A DNA stretch of 64,000 bases from an uncultured Pseudobdellovibrionaceae bacterium (GTDB taxonomy: Bacteria > Bdellovibrionota > Bdellovibrionia > Bdellovibrionales > UBA1609), in contig CAWDNU010000003.1 in NCBI GenBank assembly GCA_963803705.1, positions 96,001 through 160,000 on the forward strand. The letters run 5' to 3'. The notes beneath the pieces are model-generated. The model worked only from the letters and a program-made list of their open reading frames with translations, was not told where the DNA came from and did no database searches. Both the position numbers and the translations under genes were made by a program. Shown piece by piece: positions 21,506-30,980 of this stretch. Position 1 is the stretch's first letter. Each line of letters starts with the position of its first letter.

Positions 21506-22328
21506 GATCACTTTCTTTTTTCTATTTTTATCTATCTGGGCTTCTGGAGCTAGTTATCTAGCTCTAGAACACCCTAAAGTTAAAAAAATAATTTCTTATT
21601 TTGACCAATCAGATAACAAAACAGAAAATCAAGCTTCTGTTGATCAGCAGTATCAGTTCCTGATTGGCTTTATAAATGACTACTACACAGTTGATGGTAA
21701 CACCTCTTTAGAAAAGAAAATCTCAAAGCTTTCAAATCAGGTGTCTCCAGATCTTAAAAAGACAGTGATTAATAAGTACAGTAAAAACTTAAAGACTTTC
21801 CTGAAGAAAAATGGAAGACGTACAGTAGATATTGAAAAAGTTATTTTTGATAAAGAAAGCAAAGAGCTTAGAGCTTATTTAAAAATCAGCCAATCTGACA
21901 CCGACAGTAAATCAGACCTAGTTTTTTTGGTTACTTCAAAAACAGCTGCGCAGCAAGGCAACGCAAGAATAAGTTTAAGTTTTTATCAAGAAATTCCTGT
22001 AGACAAAAATCCAAGTGAGATGAATCAAAAAACTGTTTTCATATCTGATGATGCAACTTCAAGTATTTATCTTCCGTGCCGCTCTAGATCTGTATCAATA
22101 GATAAAAATACTGAGTTTGTTGACCTTAAAACCATTTATAATGAAAAGCTGGCTTTGGTTAAACCAACCCAAGAAAACATCGGATCTGTAGACCTTAAAG
22201 CTGCTTGTGGGAACCAGGGGTTTAAAATATCTCTTCTGCCAAATAGTAATTTGCTGACATTAAGGCATATTGTTAAAATGTCAGAAGGACGCGCAATCAA
22301 AACGAGAAAACAGAGGTTTTTTGAATAA
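21492..22328 (+). CDS. Membrane-anchored periplasmic protein, possible VirB8-like plus TraK/VirB9-like domains, copy 1
   Basis: Single N-terminal TM; FINDYYTVD helix/strand pattern; homologous to 53571-54447; fold call tentative. Confidence 0.6.
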   Translation: MKRNKITFFFLFLSIWASGASYLALEHPKVKKIISYFDQSDNKTENQASVDQQYQFLIGFINDYYTVDGNTSLEKKISKLSNQVSPDLKKTVINKYSKNLKTFLKKNGRRTVDIEKVIFDKESKELRAYLKISQSDTDSKSDLVFLVTSKTAAQQGNARISLSFYQEIPVDKNPSEMNQKTVFISDDATSSIYLPCRSRSVSIDKNTEFVDLKTIYNEKLALVKPTQENIGSVDLKAACGNQGFKISLLPNSNLLTLRHIVKMSEGRAIKTRKQRFFE

Positions 22329-22539
22329 GTGGAGCAAGCTGTTAGAGATTCAGAAGCTAGCTCAAATCTATAGCTGATAAGCGTCAGGCTGGGACTACTA
22401 TCTAAGAAAGTCTAGTGGTCTTGTCTGTGTGATTATTAAATAGAATCAGGCTCTTACATAGACAATACTCTGCTAGTCATTCAGCTAGACTTCATTTGTT
22501 TTTTCGTCTATTTTTATAGGCATTCTAAGGGGAACAATA

Positions 22540-23862
22540 ATGAAAATTTTCATAATCATTGCCGCTGGTATCATGCTCTCAGCTTGCGCAACATCAATAA
22601 ATAAAACTGCATCACCTGAACCAAAAGAACCTCTCCCTTTGAGCCTGTCTAATGCAAGTGCATATTTTAATGAAGCTAAAAGCTTGGCAGATAAAGACAA
22701 TGGGAAGCTGTGGAATCAACAACTTTATGGTCCGATTTTGTTTGTGGATTATAAGAATCGTAAAGTCATCACAAATCAAAAAGACACGAAAGGTCTTCTT
22801 GTAAGAAAAGGCGACCTGTTTGAGGGAGAGCTACCAAAATCTGTACCTCTTGCAAATACACCTACAGAATGGGCCGGTGTTCGTTGGACGATGATGATTT
22901 GGCAAATGATTCCTAGAGAGACTTTAGCTCGCACAACCATGTTTACCCACGAGATGTTTCACCTCGTTCAGCACAAGGTAAAATTAGATGCACAAGACAA
23001 ATTAAATTTACATTTAGACTCTGAAAAAGGTCGTGTTTGGCTACAATTAGAGTGGAAAGCCCTTGCTGAGGCTTTAAAAATGAAAAAAGGATCTCCGGCG
23101 CAAGACCGTGCTATTGTGGATGCATTAGCATTTCGTGAGTACCGTCAGAAAGTTTTCCCTAATTCTAGTGAAAATGAACGTAGCCTAGAAATCTCAGAGG
23201 GCATTCCAGAATATACTGGCCTTACTATAGCAGCTCCAAATTCCTCAGCAGCTCGAAGTTATGCAGTTAAAAAGTTGATGAAGCCAGATTTGACAAGTTC
23301 ATTTGTTCGATCTTTTGCATATACATCAGGCCCAGCATACGGACTTTTACTTGATCAACGCTTACCTGGATGGAGAGCTAATCTTGATAGGAAATCGAAC
23401 TTGGGGCAGTTATTGTCAAAAACCGTAAAAACTAAACCAATTTCTGTAAACACGCGTTCAGAAAATTATGACGGCGTTTCTATTCGATTAGCGGAAAAAA
23501 ATAGAGCACAAAAAATTGAAGCAACCAAAATGAAATATCGTAAACTTCTTATTGATGGTCCAACATTAACTTTCCCTGGAAAAGCAATGAGAATGGTGTT
23601 TAATCCAAGCACTGTTGTTGGACTAGATGGCTCAAATGCAGTTTATCCAACTTTTCAAGCTAATGCTCCTTGGGGAAAACTTAAAGTAACAAAAGGCGCT
23701 TTACTTCCCAAGAATAAGACAAAAGTAACTGTTTCTGCACCAACGAAGACAGAAGGAAATCGTATTGAAGGTAAGGGGTGGACGCTCGATTTATCGCAAG
23801 GGTGGCGAGTCAGCAAAGTTGCTAAATCTAAGAACCTCATTGTTAATAAAATTGAAGAGTAA
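22540..23862 (+). CDS. Lipoprotein with HExxH (putative gluzincin metallopeptidase)
   Basis: Lipobox LSAC; THEMFH with downstream EGIPEY. Confidence 0.7.
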   Translation: MKIFIIIAAGIMLSACATSINKTASPEPKEPLPLSLSNASAYFNEAKSLADKDNGKLWNQQLYGPILFVDYKNRKVITNQKDTKGLLVRKGDLFEGELPKSVPLANTPTEWAGVRWTMMIWQMIPRETLARTTMFTHEMFHLVQHKVKLDAQDKLNLHLDSEKGRVWLQLEWKALAEALKMKKGSPAQDRAIVDALAFREYRQKVFPNSSENERSLEISEGIPEYTGLTIAAPNSSAARSYAVKKLMKPDLTSSFVRSFAYTSGPAYGLLLDQRLPGWRANLDRKSNLGQLLSKTVKTKPISVNTRSENYDGVSIRLAEKNRAQKIEATKMKYRKLLIDGPTLTFPGKAMRMVFNPSTVVGLDGSNAVYPTFQANAPWGKLKVTKGALLPKNKTKVTVSAPTKTEGNRIEGKGWTLDLSQGWRVSKVAKSKNLIVNKIEE

Positions 23863-23967
23863 CTTATTTTAAGTGCTAACGACTTTAGTAAAGTTGAAGC
23901 GTAATAACACTTGGACCATCTAGTGGTAAAGGCTAGTAGAGAGATTTGCCATTAATTCTAACAGAAA

Positions 23968-23996
23968 ACCGACTCAAAATTATATTTTAAGTCGGT
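23968..23996. terminator. Hairpin between convergent genes
   Basis: ACCGACT...AGTCGGT inverted repeat with inner AAAAT/ATTTT pairing. Confidence 0.55.
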
Positions 23997-24008
23997 GGGT
24001 TTTTGAAA

Positions 24009-24200
24009 CTAAAAGTCGGTTTTTTGGTTTGAAAGTGAGTTAGCCAATTTTTCAGAAGATCCAAGTCCTTGAGTGGTTTTTGCTAGTGCAGCTTTTTTTA
24101 TTTCATCGTGAATAGTCTTTAAACTATACCCAGCTCCAAAAAATAAGCCACTACTATAAATGATTGCTATTGCCGTATTTACTAAATTGTTCATATACAT
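24009..24200 (-). CDS. Small hypothetical membrane protein
   Basis: One hydrophobic segment; AAAGGA RBS; coupled to the upstream ORF. Confidence 0.55.
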   Translation of the reverse strand: MYMNNLVNTAIAIIYSSGLFFGAGYSLKTIHDEIKKAALAKTTQGLGSSEKLANSLSNQKTDF

Positions 24201-24594
24201 TTCCTTTTTTTCTGTTTATCTCTATTTTATTAAACTTTAGGGTTTTGGATTTGTTGATGGTAAGATTTAAAAAATCAATGTACTCTAAGCTCATTGTGAA
24301 GGATGTGAAGTCTTTTGATGTAATTTGACCTTTCTGTTTGATATAAAATGATCGCATATTCTCGAAGTGATCATGTGCAGTTAGAGATTGGTTTTGTAGC
24401 ATGATAATATCTGAGTCATTGATTTTGCCTAGAGATAGACTGATGAGCTGATCTAGCTTGATGCGACGACCAGATTTTTTTTGATTTGCTTTTTTTAAGA
24501 TGGCATCTGCTTTTTTCTTGGTTTCTATATGAAGCCGGGCATTCTGCCATAGTGATTTATTTTGATTTTGGGTTTTGATAGTTTTCTTTTGCAT
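24154..24594 (-). CDS. Basic hypothetical protein, possible RHH-like DNA binder
   Basis: AGGAG RBS; strand-helix-helix pattern (ARLHIE...IKLDQLISLSL). Confidence 0.6.
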   Translation of the reverse strand: MQKKTIKTQNQNKSLWQNARLHIETKKKADAILKKANQKKSGRRIKLDQLISLSLGKINDSDIIMLQNQSLTAHDHFENMRSFYIKQKGQITSKDFTSFTMSLEYIDFLNLTINKSKTLKFNKIEINRKKGNVYEQFSKYGNSNHL

Positions 24595-24683
24595 GTTCTT
24601 ATTCTCCTGTTTGTTTCACTGGGCATTGGAAAATTGAGAATCGAAAGAATTAGAGGTGGGTCATTTTTTTAGGGTAAATGCTT

Positions 24684-24713
24684 ACGCTTCAAAAACGCTT
24701 CATTTACGCTTCA
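24684..24713. repeat. Three direct ACGCTTCA repeats at 11-bp period (candidate integrase arm sites)
   Basis: ACGCTTCA at 24684, 24695 and 24706, about 140 bp from the att fragment. Confidence 0.65.
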
Positions 24714-24849
24714 AAAAATGAAATGGCTGGAAATTTCGAGAAATATAGATCTGAAAATCCTCGTCAGATCGAATCTACTAAGTGTAGAGTATCGTTTGTG
24801 TTTTTTAATTTTGCTAATTTGATTGTCTAAAAATGGCGCAGCGGCCAGA

Positions 24850-24890
24850 TTTCATCACCCTACCGGGTTCGAGTCCCGGTAGCGACGCCA
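24850..24890 (+). other. tRNA 3'-half fragment (tRNA-Glu-like), candidate att site
   Basis: TTTCAT...CCGGG-TTCGAGT-CCCGG-TAGCGAC-G-CCA; no matching 5' half (GTCGCTA) upstream; about 160 bp from the integrase stop. Confidence 0.75.
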
Positions 24891-25051
24891 AGTGAGCCGC
24901 AGGCGAACCAATATTAGTAATTTTTTAAAATGATGAAATGGTACATGAATAATAGTAGAGAAAAAAAATGGCGGAAACTACAAACATCTTGTAAGTGCCC
25001 GACATGATTAGAGATAAAATTAGCATAGGTGTCAAAAAGCAACAAGCCTTT

Positions 25052-26338
25052 TTAGCTCGTTGCACGATTTTGAAATAGTTGGATTACTTTGCCATCATTG
25101 TCAGGACTCTCCGTTTCAGGAACACTAAATCCAAGGCTTTGGGTAATTCCCTTAATCTCCACACCGGCAAGCCTATTATAGCCATCAGTGGTCGACATTT
25201 GACTATGACCCACTTGGTGCATGACCTTTGAAATGGAAACCCCATTGCTTAAAAGGTTTGTGATATGAGTGGCTCGTAAGTCATGGAATTTAGCCTCTCG
25301 TATACCAATTTTTTGGCAGAAATCTCGAAGCTCTCTAGCTTGGTTTCCCATGGTCCAAGACCTAATTCTTGGCAGGACTAAATCATTCACATCCACATAT
25401 TGCTTATGGTTAGAAATTCCGGGGATTTTTCTTCCAGTCTTTAAACCACCAATAACCTCATCAATCTCGACTGGGGTTGCAATATGCCTCCAAAGTCTTG
25501 CAGATTGAGGACCTATGGTTTTCTTTAAAAATAAGAAAAAATTTTTCAGCTCAGGTCCTAAATCAATAGTTCTGGTTTTTTCTTTTTTAGGAAGATGAAG
25601 ACCATCTTTTGAAGTGAACTGTTCATTGATCAAAATTGTATTCGAATCAAAATCAATTTTTTCATACTTTAAAGCATAAAGTTCACCGTTTCTTAATCCT
25701 GTCAAAAGAGCTACTACCCAGTGCGGGTAGTAGCTGTGATTAATTTGTTTAGCTTTTGTAAGTAAAGTCTTAACTTCACTTGGTGTGAAAGCAACGCCTT
25801 CATCTGATTTGGCTTGTATTTTAATTCCTCTTGCTGGATTTCTTGAAATTTCACCATCATCAACAGCTATTTCAAAAAGTCTGTGAATTCGTTTGTGAAG
25901 ATTTCGTCTTGTCCAGTCCGTAGCTCCTTTTTTAATTAAGAAGCTATGGAAATAATTAAATAAATCTTCTCTTTCTATTTCTGACATTTTCTTTTCAGAC
26001 CAAGAACTGTCCTTCCATCGATCTAAAATCCCATCATAGTTTTTAAGAGTGCTTTCTTTTAAGCCATTATTTCTCATTTTTAGTACACAAAAGTTCTTCC
26101 ACCCTTGCCAAGTGTAATTACATTTTTGATTAACGAAGGAACTTAAGTCTTCTTTTAGACCTAACTTGACTTGAGTGACCAGCGCCTGCGATGTAATTCG
26201 TCTACCATTTTTGGTAAATCGTGACGACTTTTTCCTAAGTTTTCCTAACTTATCTCGCTGATGCACCATCACCTCATAATATTTTTTTCCTTCATGAGTG
26301 TAAGATGCTACTGAACAATCATTTTTAAAATCTGACAT
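25052..26338 (-). CDS. int: Tyrosine recombinase/integrase
   Basis: TGLRNGEL, K, FHDLRATH, GHS and Y catalytic residues; N-terminal arm-binding and SAM-like regions. Confidence 0.95.
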   Translation of the reverse strand: MSDFKNDCSVASYTHEGKKYYEVMVHQRDKLGKLRKKSSRFTKNGRRITSQALVTQVKLGLKEDLSSFVNQKCNYTWQGWKNFCVLKMRNNGLKESTLKNYDGILDRWKDSSWSEKKMSEIEREDLFNYFHSFLIKKGATDWTRRNLHKRIHRLFEIAVDDGEISRNPARGIKIQAKSDEGVAFTPSEVKTLLTKAKQINHSYYPHWVVALLTGLRNGELYALKYEKIDFDSNTILINEQFTSKDGLHLPKKEKTRTIDLGPELKNFFLFLKKTIGPQSARLWRHIATPVEIDEVIGGLKTGRKIPGISNHKQYVDVNDLVLPRIRSWTMGNQARELRDFCQKIGIREAKFHDLRATHITNLLSNGVSISKVMHQVGHSQMSTTDGYNRLAGVEIKGITQSLGFSVPETESPDNDGKVIQLFQNRATS

Positions 26339-26340
26339 AT

Positions 26341-26568
26341 TTAATTCTCCTTTAGTTTAAGAAGACTAAGTAAATCTGATTTCAAAAATCTCAATCGACA
26401 ACCAAGCTTATAAGATTTTACCTGATGCCTACAGACCATAATTCTAAGTGCGTTTGTAGATAAAGATAAAAAATTAGCGGCTTCAGTTGTAGACAGCCAT
26501 TCTAATTCTACTCGATTTTCAAAGAACAAATCCCTTTTAGGGAAAGTTTTATTATTTTTAAAACTCAT
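26341..26568 (-). CDS. xis: Excisionase-like HTH_17 protein
   Basis: WLSTTEAANFLSLS...YKLGCRLRF pattern; immediately upstream of int. Confidence 0.85.
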   Translation of the reverse strand: MSFKNNKTFPKRDLFFENRVELEWLSTTEAANFLSLSTNALRIMVCRHQVKSYKLGCRLRFLKSDLLSLLKLKEN

Positions 26569-26650
26569 TTAAATGATAACGCTTTTTTGTTTTTGAAACA
26601 AAGTATTTTTTCTCGTTAAAAATCTTTTTTTACCAATATTTATAGGGTTT

Positions 26651-27028
26651 CTAGACGGTTTGAACATTTGTTATATCCTTATTTAGGTTGCGCTTGTTTG
26701 GCATCAAGATGCCCTTGGTTGAACTTATATTTTTGTTTCTTATGGTGGCTTCGTACTCTTGAAGTCGCTTTATAACAGCTTCAGTTGATTCATCATTTAA
26801 CGCTGCTTGTTTTAAATAAGCTTTCTTATCAAAAAATTTTGTCTTTAAAAATGAAATTTCTTTTTGTAGATATTGTTCGTTCATTGAAATCACTAATTCA
26901 GAAATTAGATCTGACCATGATAATTTCAAATAAGGGCCCTCCTTTTGAAGAGCCCTGTAGATTTCGTTAAGTGCGTTCACACCATTAACGTTTAGTTTAA
27001 ATTGGGTATTTGAATTTGCTTGTTTCAT
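26651..27028 (-). CDS. Hypothetical protein (possible RHH-like accessory factor)
   Basis: In the transfer operon; pattern resembles the 24154-24594 protein. Confidence 0.6.
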   Translation of the reverse strand: MKQANSNTQFKLNVNGVNALNEIYRALQKEGPYLKLSWSDLISELVISMNEQYLQKEISFLKTKFFDKKAYLKQAALNDESTEAVIKRLQEYEATIRNKNISSTKGILMPNKRNLNKDITNVQTV

Positions 27029-27037
27029 AAATTTTAA

Positions 27038-27658
27038 TTACTCCTTGCTTGGTTTTGGAAGGCTAAATTGAGGGCTTCCGATTAAGACCCAACGCTTGTG
27101 GCCCTGAATAAGAACCCTTCCATCGTCTGTTGTATGGGTTTCGATATAGTCTTCTTTAACGTCGGGACTTGTTACAAAGCTTCCATACTTTGATTCAGTC
27201 ACTGGTTTAAATCCCTGATCTATTCCATGAGCTTCAAGATTAAAAAGAGTTTCTTTTCTGACCCTATCTTCTCGGGTGTTCATAATGCGGTGTAAAAGGT
27301 ATCCTAAGCCTGCACCAACTAATCCTCCAACCACTGATCTTCTAATTGTGGATTTTTGATCAGCATTTACATTAAGACCTTGCTCCATAATAGCTCCAGT
27401 ACTTGCACCGACTGTTAGTCCTAAAACTGTGGTCTTCTCTATACTTGAACAGTTAATTAAACCTAACATTACAGCTCCTAACACAATAAATTTTAAGGTC
27501 CTTACAAAATGATCCCATATATTGGGGACTCCCCCTATGGATTCAAAACCCCTGGATTTGATGATGTTTAGTGATTCCGATATGTTAGCTAAATTTATTA
27601 AATTTTTACATGAGCACTGATCGCTCATAGTTTTGATAAGGTAATGCCCATATCTCAT
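27038..27658 (-). CDS. TraV/VirB7-like lipoprotein with glycine zipper
   Basis: Lipobox LINC (true start probably internal); C-terminal PDVKEDYIE...DGRVLIQGHKRWVLIGSPQF resembles the TraV core. Confidence 0.6.
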   Translation of the reverse strand: MRYGHYLIKTMSDQCSCKNLINLANISESLNIIKSRGFESIGGVPNIWDHFVRTLKFIVLGAVMLGLINCSSIEKTTVLGLTVGASTGAIMEQGLNVNADQKSTIRRSVVGGLVGAGLGYLLHRIMNTREDRVRKETLFNLEAHGIDQGFKPVTESKYGSFVTSPDVKEDYIETHTTDDGRVLIQGHKRWVLIGSPQFSLPKPSKE

Positions 27659-28434
27659 AGGTAAATCTCCTCACTCCATTTGAATTCTAAATAGTCACCT
27701 GAAGAATTAAAAGTTTTAAGAGTTGTTATTGGTTTTCGAAGATCTTCTAAATTTGTTACAAATATCTTTGATGTTTTATTATCTAGATTTTCTATTATTT
27801 TTTTATCTGAATTTAAGATTCTTCGTTTAATTTTTTCATCTTTTGTAAAGTACAAAACATTATGAACAGCAGGGTAGGCGTAGTAGTTACTTAAATATTC
27901 GTAGTATCTTTTAGTTGTTTTTTCTGAATTTTCATATTCAATGGCGAAGTTTATATTTTTATTGTTCCATTTGATTCCTAGCAAAGCGTCCGAGTGAAGA
28001 TCTTTGCAGGCCTCTATTGGGTAGATTTCGCTATCAATTAAACCAGATTCAATTTCATTCTCAGTGCCGTAAAAATCAAAGCATTCTATTTTTGATAGCA
28101 TATTTTTTAAGTCTAAAAGTATTATATCATGCTTTAGATTGCCTGATGTGATTTCACGACTGGTAATATCTTTACCTAAATCATAGACGCACCTTAATCC
28201 TTTTTTTGTCACATTTAAAACTCCAAATTGGACTCTATCAAAGTGTATATTTGTTTGTATTAGACCGAAGTCTCTAAGTTTTTGTGTTCGTCTATATACT
28301 CGCCTTTCGTTAGTATCTGGAAAAACATCACGATTGATCTGTCTAATAGTGGCTCCCTTGTTAGCAAACAAGTATTTAAATAGCTTTTCGTCACGCTCAG
28401 TTAGCTCTATTTTTTTATTTGTTGTCATGGCCAC
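27655..28434 (-). CDS. Replication-relaxation (PF13814-like) protein, putative relaxase
   Basis: LTERD wHTH N-terminus, LKHDI, SDALL, FAIEYE...KRY motifs; adjacent to the coupling ATPase. Confidence 0.75.
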   Translation of the reverse strand: MAMTTNKKIELTERDEKLFKYLFANKGATIRQINRDVFPDTNERRVYRRTQKLRDFGLIQTNIHFDRVQFGVLNVTKKGLRCVYDLGKDITSREITSGNLKHDIILLDLKNMLSKIECFDFYGTENEIESGLIDSEIYPIEACKDLHSDALLGIKWNNKNINFAIEYENSEKTTKRYYEYLSNYYAYPAVHNVLYFTKDEKIKRRILNSDKKIIENLDNKTSKIFVTNLEDLRKPITTLKTFNSSGDYLEFKWSEEIYL

Positions 28435-29935
28435 TACCTTTTTTTAGATTCACCTCGAACATTAGATTTATGTCTTTTTGACGTTCAATAACTTCAGTCT
28501 TTTCTTCATCCCCAAGCATTGGTGCATTAAGCTTTCTTAATCCTTTTTTAAATTCGTTTTTAATATTGCTAATTCTATGACCTAGTTCCTCGTTACTTAA
28601 ATATGGTGTCTGGACTTCTACATTTAGTGCATTAAACTTATAAATCGCACGACCTTTAATGGCCGGAAGACATGAAGCACTTTTATTTCCAAGCACAGTA
28701 TTTGAACCACTTACAGATGGAACTTTAAAGCAAAGTCGTCCTAAAAGGTTTTCTTGAATTCTGGTATCTATAGTATGCGTTGTGATTTTTTGATTTCCTA
28801 AAACCATATTATATTTTGCGGCTCGACCAAGTTTTGCAATTTCATCTGCAAGTTCAATGGCTTTAATAGAAATATTCTTTTTAACTTTATCATGTTTAGA
28901 TAACGAAAAAAGCATGGAGCATTCATCAATCATAATTAATACATGATCTTTTTTTGTTTTCTCTAAATCTAAAGATTCGCCTTTACCTTGTGCTGTAAGC
29001 TTAAGTCTTAAAGTCATCTCATTTTTTAGAGTATCTAAAATTGCGTTTGATTGAGTCAGATCTTTGTACAGTCTAACGTTAGGTAAGTCTTGAAAATTTT
29101 TAAAAGATATTCCTTCTTTAAAGTCAAAAATATAAACTTGTAGATTTGGGGTGTTTTCTAATAAACCTAATGTCATCTGTTTTAGAAAATAACTTTTACC
29201 ATAACCCGTTGATCCTGCGACAAGCATATGCGGATAAGATGAGATATTTTCAACTAAATCACCAGATTTGGATCTGCCAATTATAATATCCCCAGGTTTA
29301 TTTGCTAATCCGCATAGTTCTGAATAGGATATTTTTTTAGTTAATGGTTTTTTATTAAAAACCATTTCAACAACAGCAGGGTTGTCTTCTTGGGCTGAAA
29401 TGCTTTCAATGTGAGAATTGATTGAAGCTTTAAGACGACCTTCTGATTTTTTAAATTCATCTAGGCTTATGCCATTTGAATTGAGTTGAATATAAAATCT
29501 GTCTTTATTTATTTTTTGTACGTCGTTAATTTTTGGTGGCTTGTTGATGGAATTTTTAAGTCCAATTTCTTTAAAAGTAGATTTTAATTTCTTTATAAGC
29601 TTGGCACTTGGATACCCTAAGCGTAATGCAAAATATACAAATGTAATTGCAATTAGAATAAAAAAATCAAAATACCATGGTATTTTGTAAAGCGATTCGA
29701 CAAGATCTTTACTTGAAGTTTTTGTGACCCAGTCCCAAAGAAGACCTAATTGATAAAAGTGGGTGTTGTTAATTGCATACACAATACATACTAAAATAGC
29801 TAAAAATACATTAGACCAAAATGTTTTATTTGTATTTTCTAAATTTCTGAATGCATAGACTAAGGTGTCCTTAAAAATGAGCCATAGATCATAAAAGGCA
29901 TTATTTAGGTGGTTGTTTTTTGTTCTTGTACTCAT
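28415..29935 (-). CDS. FtsK/SpoIIIE-domain (TcpA-like) coupling ATPase
   Basis: Two N-terminal TMs; PHMLVAGSTGYGKS, DFKEG, IMIDE, LGRAA and GRAIY...VQTPYLS motifs. Confidence 0.85.
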   Translation of the reverse strand: MSTRTKNNHLNNAFYDLWLIFKDTLVYAFRNLENTNKTFWSNVFLAILVCIVYAINNTHFYQLGLLWDWVTKTSSKDLVESLYKIPWYFDFFILIAITFVYFALRLGYPSAKLIKKLKSTFKEIGLKNSINKPPKINDVQKINKDRFYIQLNSNGISLDEFKKSEGRLKASINSHIESISAQEDNPAVVEMVFNKKPLTKKISYSELCGLANKPGDIIIGRSKSGDLVENISSYPHMLVAGSTGYGKSYFLKQMTLGLLENTPNLQVYIFDFKEGISFKNFQDLPNVRLYKDLTQSNAILDTLKNEMTLRLKLTAQGKGESLDLEKTKKDHVLIMIDECSMLFSLSKHDKVKKNISIKAIELADEIAKLGRAAKYNMVLGNQKITTHTIDTRIQENLLGRLCFKVPSVSGSNTVLGNKSASCLPAIKGRAIYKFNALNVEVQTPYLSNEELGHRISNIKNEFKKGLRKLNAPMLGDEEKTEVIERQKDINLMFEVNLKKGSGHDNK

Positions 29936-29939
29936 AAAA

Positions 29940-30980
29940 TTATTTGTTCTCCATTTCTAATCTTTGATTTAAAGTTATGATGATAGGTCCACCGGCTTTA
30001 ATTCTGACGTATGGACCTTTACTTTGAAGTTCTTGAAGCTGAATTGCGCCCTCTGTTTGGGAAAATTCAGATAGACCACTTAGCATGGCATTTTTTAAGT
30101 TAGCTTTCTTGGTGACCTGCCCAAAACCACCCATTCCGCTAAGGCCTGAATTTAATTGTTGGGCTGACAGATCTTGGCTTAAGACTTCTCTTTCCTGAAG
30201 AGTCTCTGAAAATCCAGTTAAAAATGACAGTCCAGCGGTGGCGGCAACTCTATTTTTAAAAGCACTATGATACTTACCCATAATTCCAGGAGAAAAGTCA
30301 TTATAGTCTAAGGCTGAAGCTTGAAGTTGGACCTCTTCGCCACTAGGTAAGATCGCTAGACTAAAGTTTAAAAAGACTCTTTTACCTTGGGATGGGTATT
30401 CTGATTGGCCTAAGATTATAGTTTTTTTAGGCAAGATTGATTTACCCTGATAGTTTATTCCGTTGGTAAGTAAAACCCTTATAAGCTTTCCTGAAGAAAT
30501 TCTAGTGTCCACATCTGTCAGTAATTTTCCAATGGCACTTGTACCCGTGGGAAGATTTTTTGAAGTCATCTCGTCTTTTCTGACTATCACTTGAGTGGCC
30601 TTGTAATTAACTTTAATAGGACTTCTTTGAACTTTAGATGTTTTAACTTCATGAGAGGTTTTACTCCCATAATTTACACCTTTGATTTTAGTTCCGCTAT
30701 TAGGGTTTAAAGACACTCTTTCGCTGTCATTTAAATTATTACCTTCGTCTTCTTCGAACTGTGCTTTTTCGTAAAAGCTAGAATTAGAACTTGAACTCGT
30801 AAAAAAGCTAAAACCAATCATGGTTAAAAGTAAAAAGCTTCCAAAGTATTTAAAAACCTTAAATATTTTAAGCATTTTTTTTCCAGGAAAATCTTCTATA
30901 AATAATCTCAAGAATTGACTTTTAATATTAGAAATCAGTGTTTTAATTTTTAAGATTATAGCGGTTATATCTAATTTCAT
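29940..30980 (-). CDS. VirB10/TrbI/TraB-like core complex protein
   Basis: TM, low-complexity linker, LPTGTSAIGKL...LPKKTIILG...RVFLNFS...GIMG, and C-terminal YVRIKAG. Confidence 0.75.
   Translation of the reverse strand: MKLDITAIILKIKTLISNIKSQFLRLFIEDFPGKKMLKIFKVFKYFGSFLLLTMIGFSFFTSSSSNSSFYEKAQFEEDEGNNLNDSERVSLNPNSGTKIKGVNYGSKTSHEVKTSKVQRSPIKVNYKATQVIVRKDEMTSKNLPTGTSAIGKLLTDVDTRISSGKLIRVLLTNGINYQGKSILPKKTIILGQSEYPSQGKRVFLNFSLAILPSGEEVQLQASALDYNDFSPGIMGKYHSAFKNRVAATAGLSFLTGFSETLQEREVLSQDLSAQQLNSGLSGMGGFGQVTKKANLKNAMLSGLSEFSQTEGAIQLQELQSKGPYVRIKAGGPIIITLNQRLEMENK

Larger units (their letters stand above)
13647..24890. mobile_element. Remnant (right part) of a related integrative element
   Basis: Bounded by IS3 and the tRNA 3' fragment; carries a diverged paralogue of the ICE five-gene module and the same sigma54 promoter architecture. 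Confidence 0.5.

Noticed and set aside
13029..22328. Stop-codon reassignment suggested by in-frame TAA at 13029, 19352 and possibly 22326
   Set aside because: TAA terminates many conserved genes correctly in this window (cfa, czcA, cadA, cusA); point mutations or errors suffice
24834..24844. Minus-strand CCGCTGCGCCA (and TTCCGCCA near 24969) resembling other tRNA 3' ends
   Set aside because: Only 8-11 nt and no T-arm; cannot be distinguished from chance
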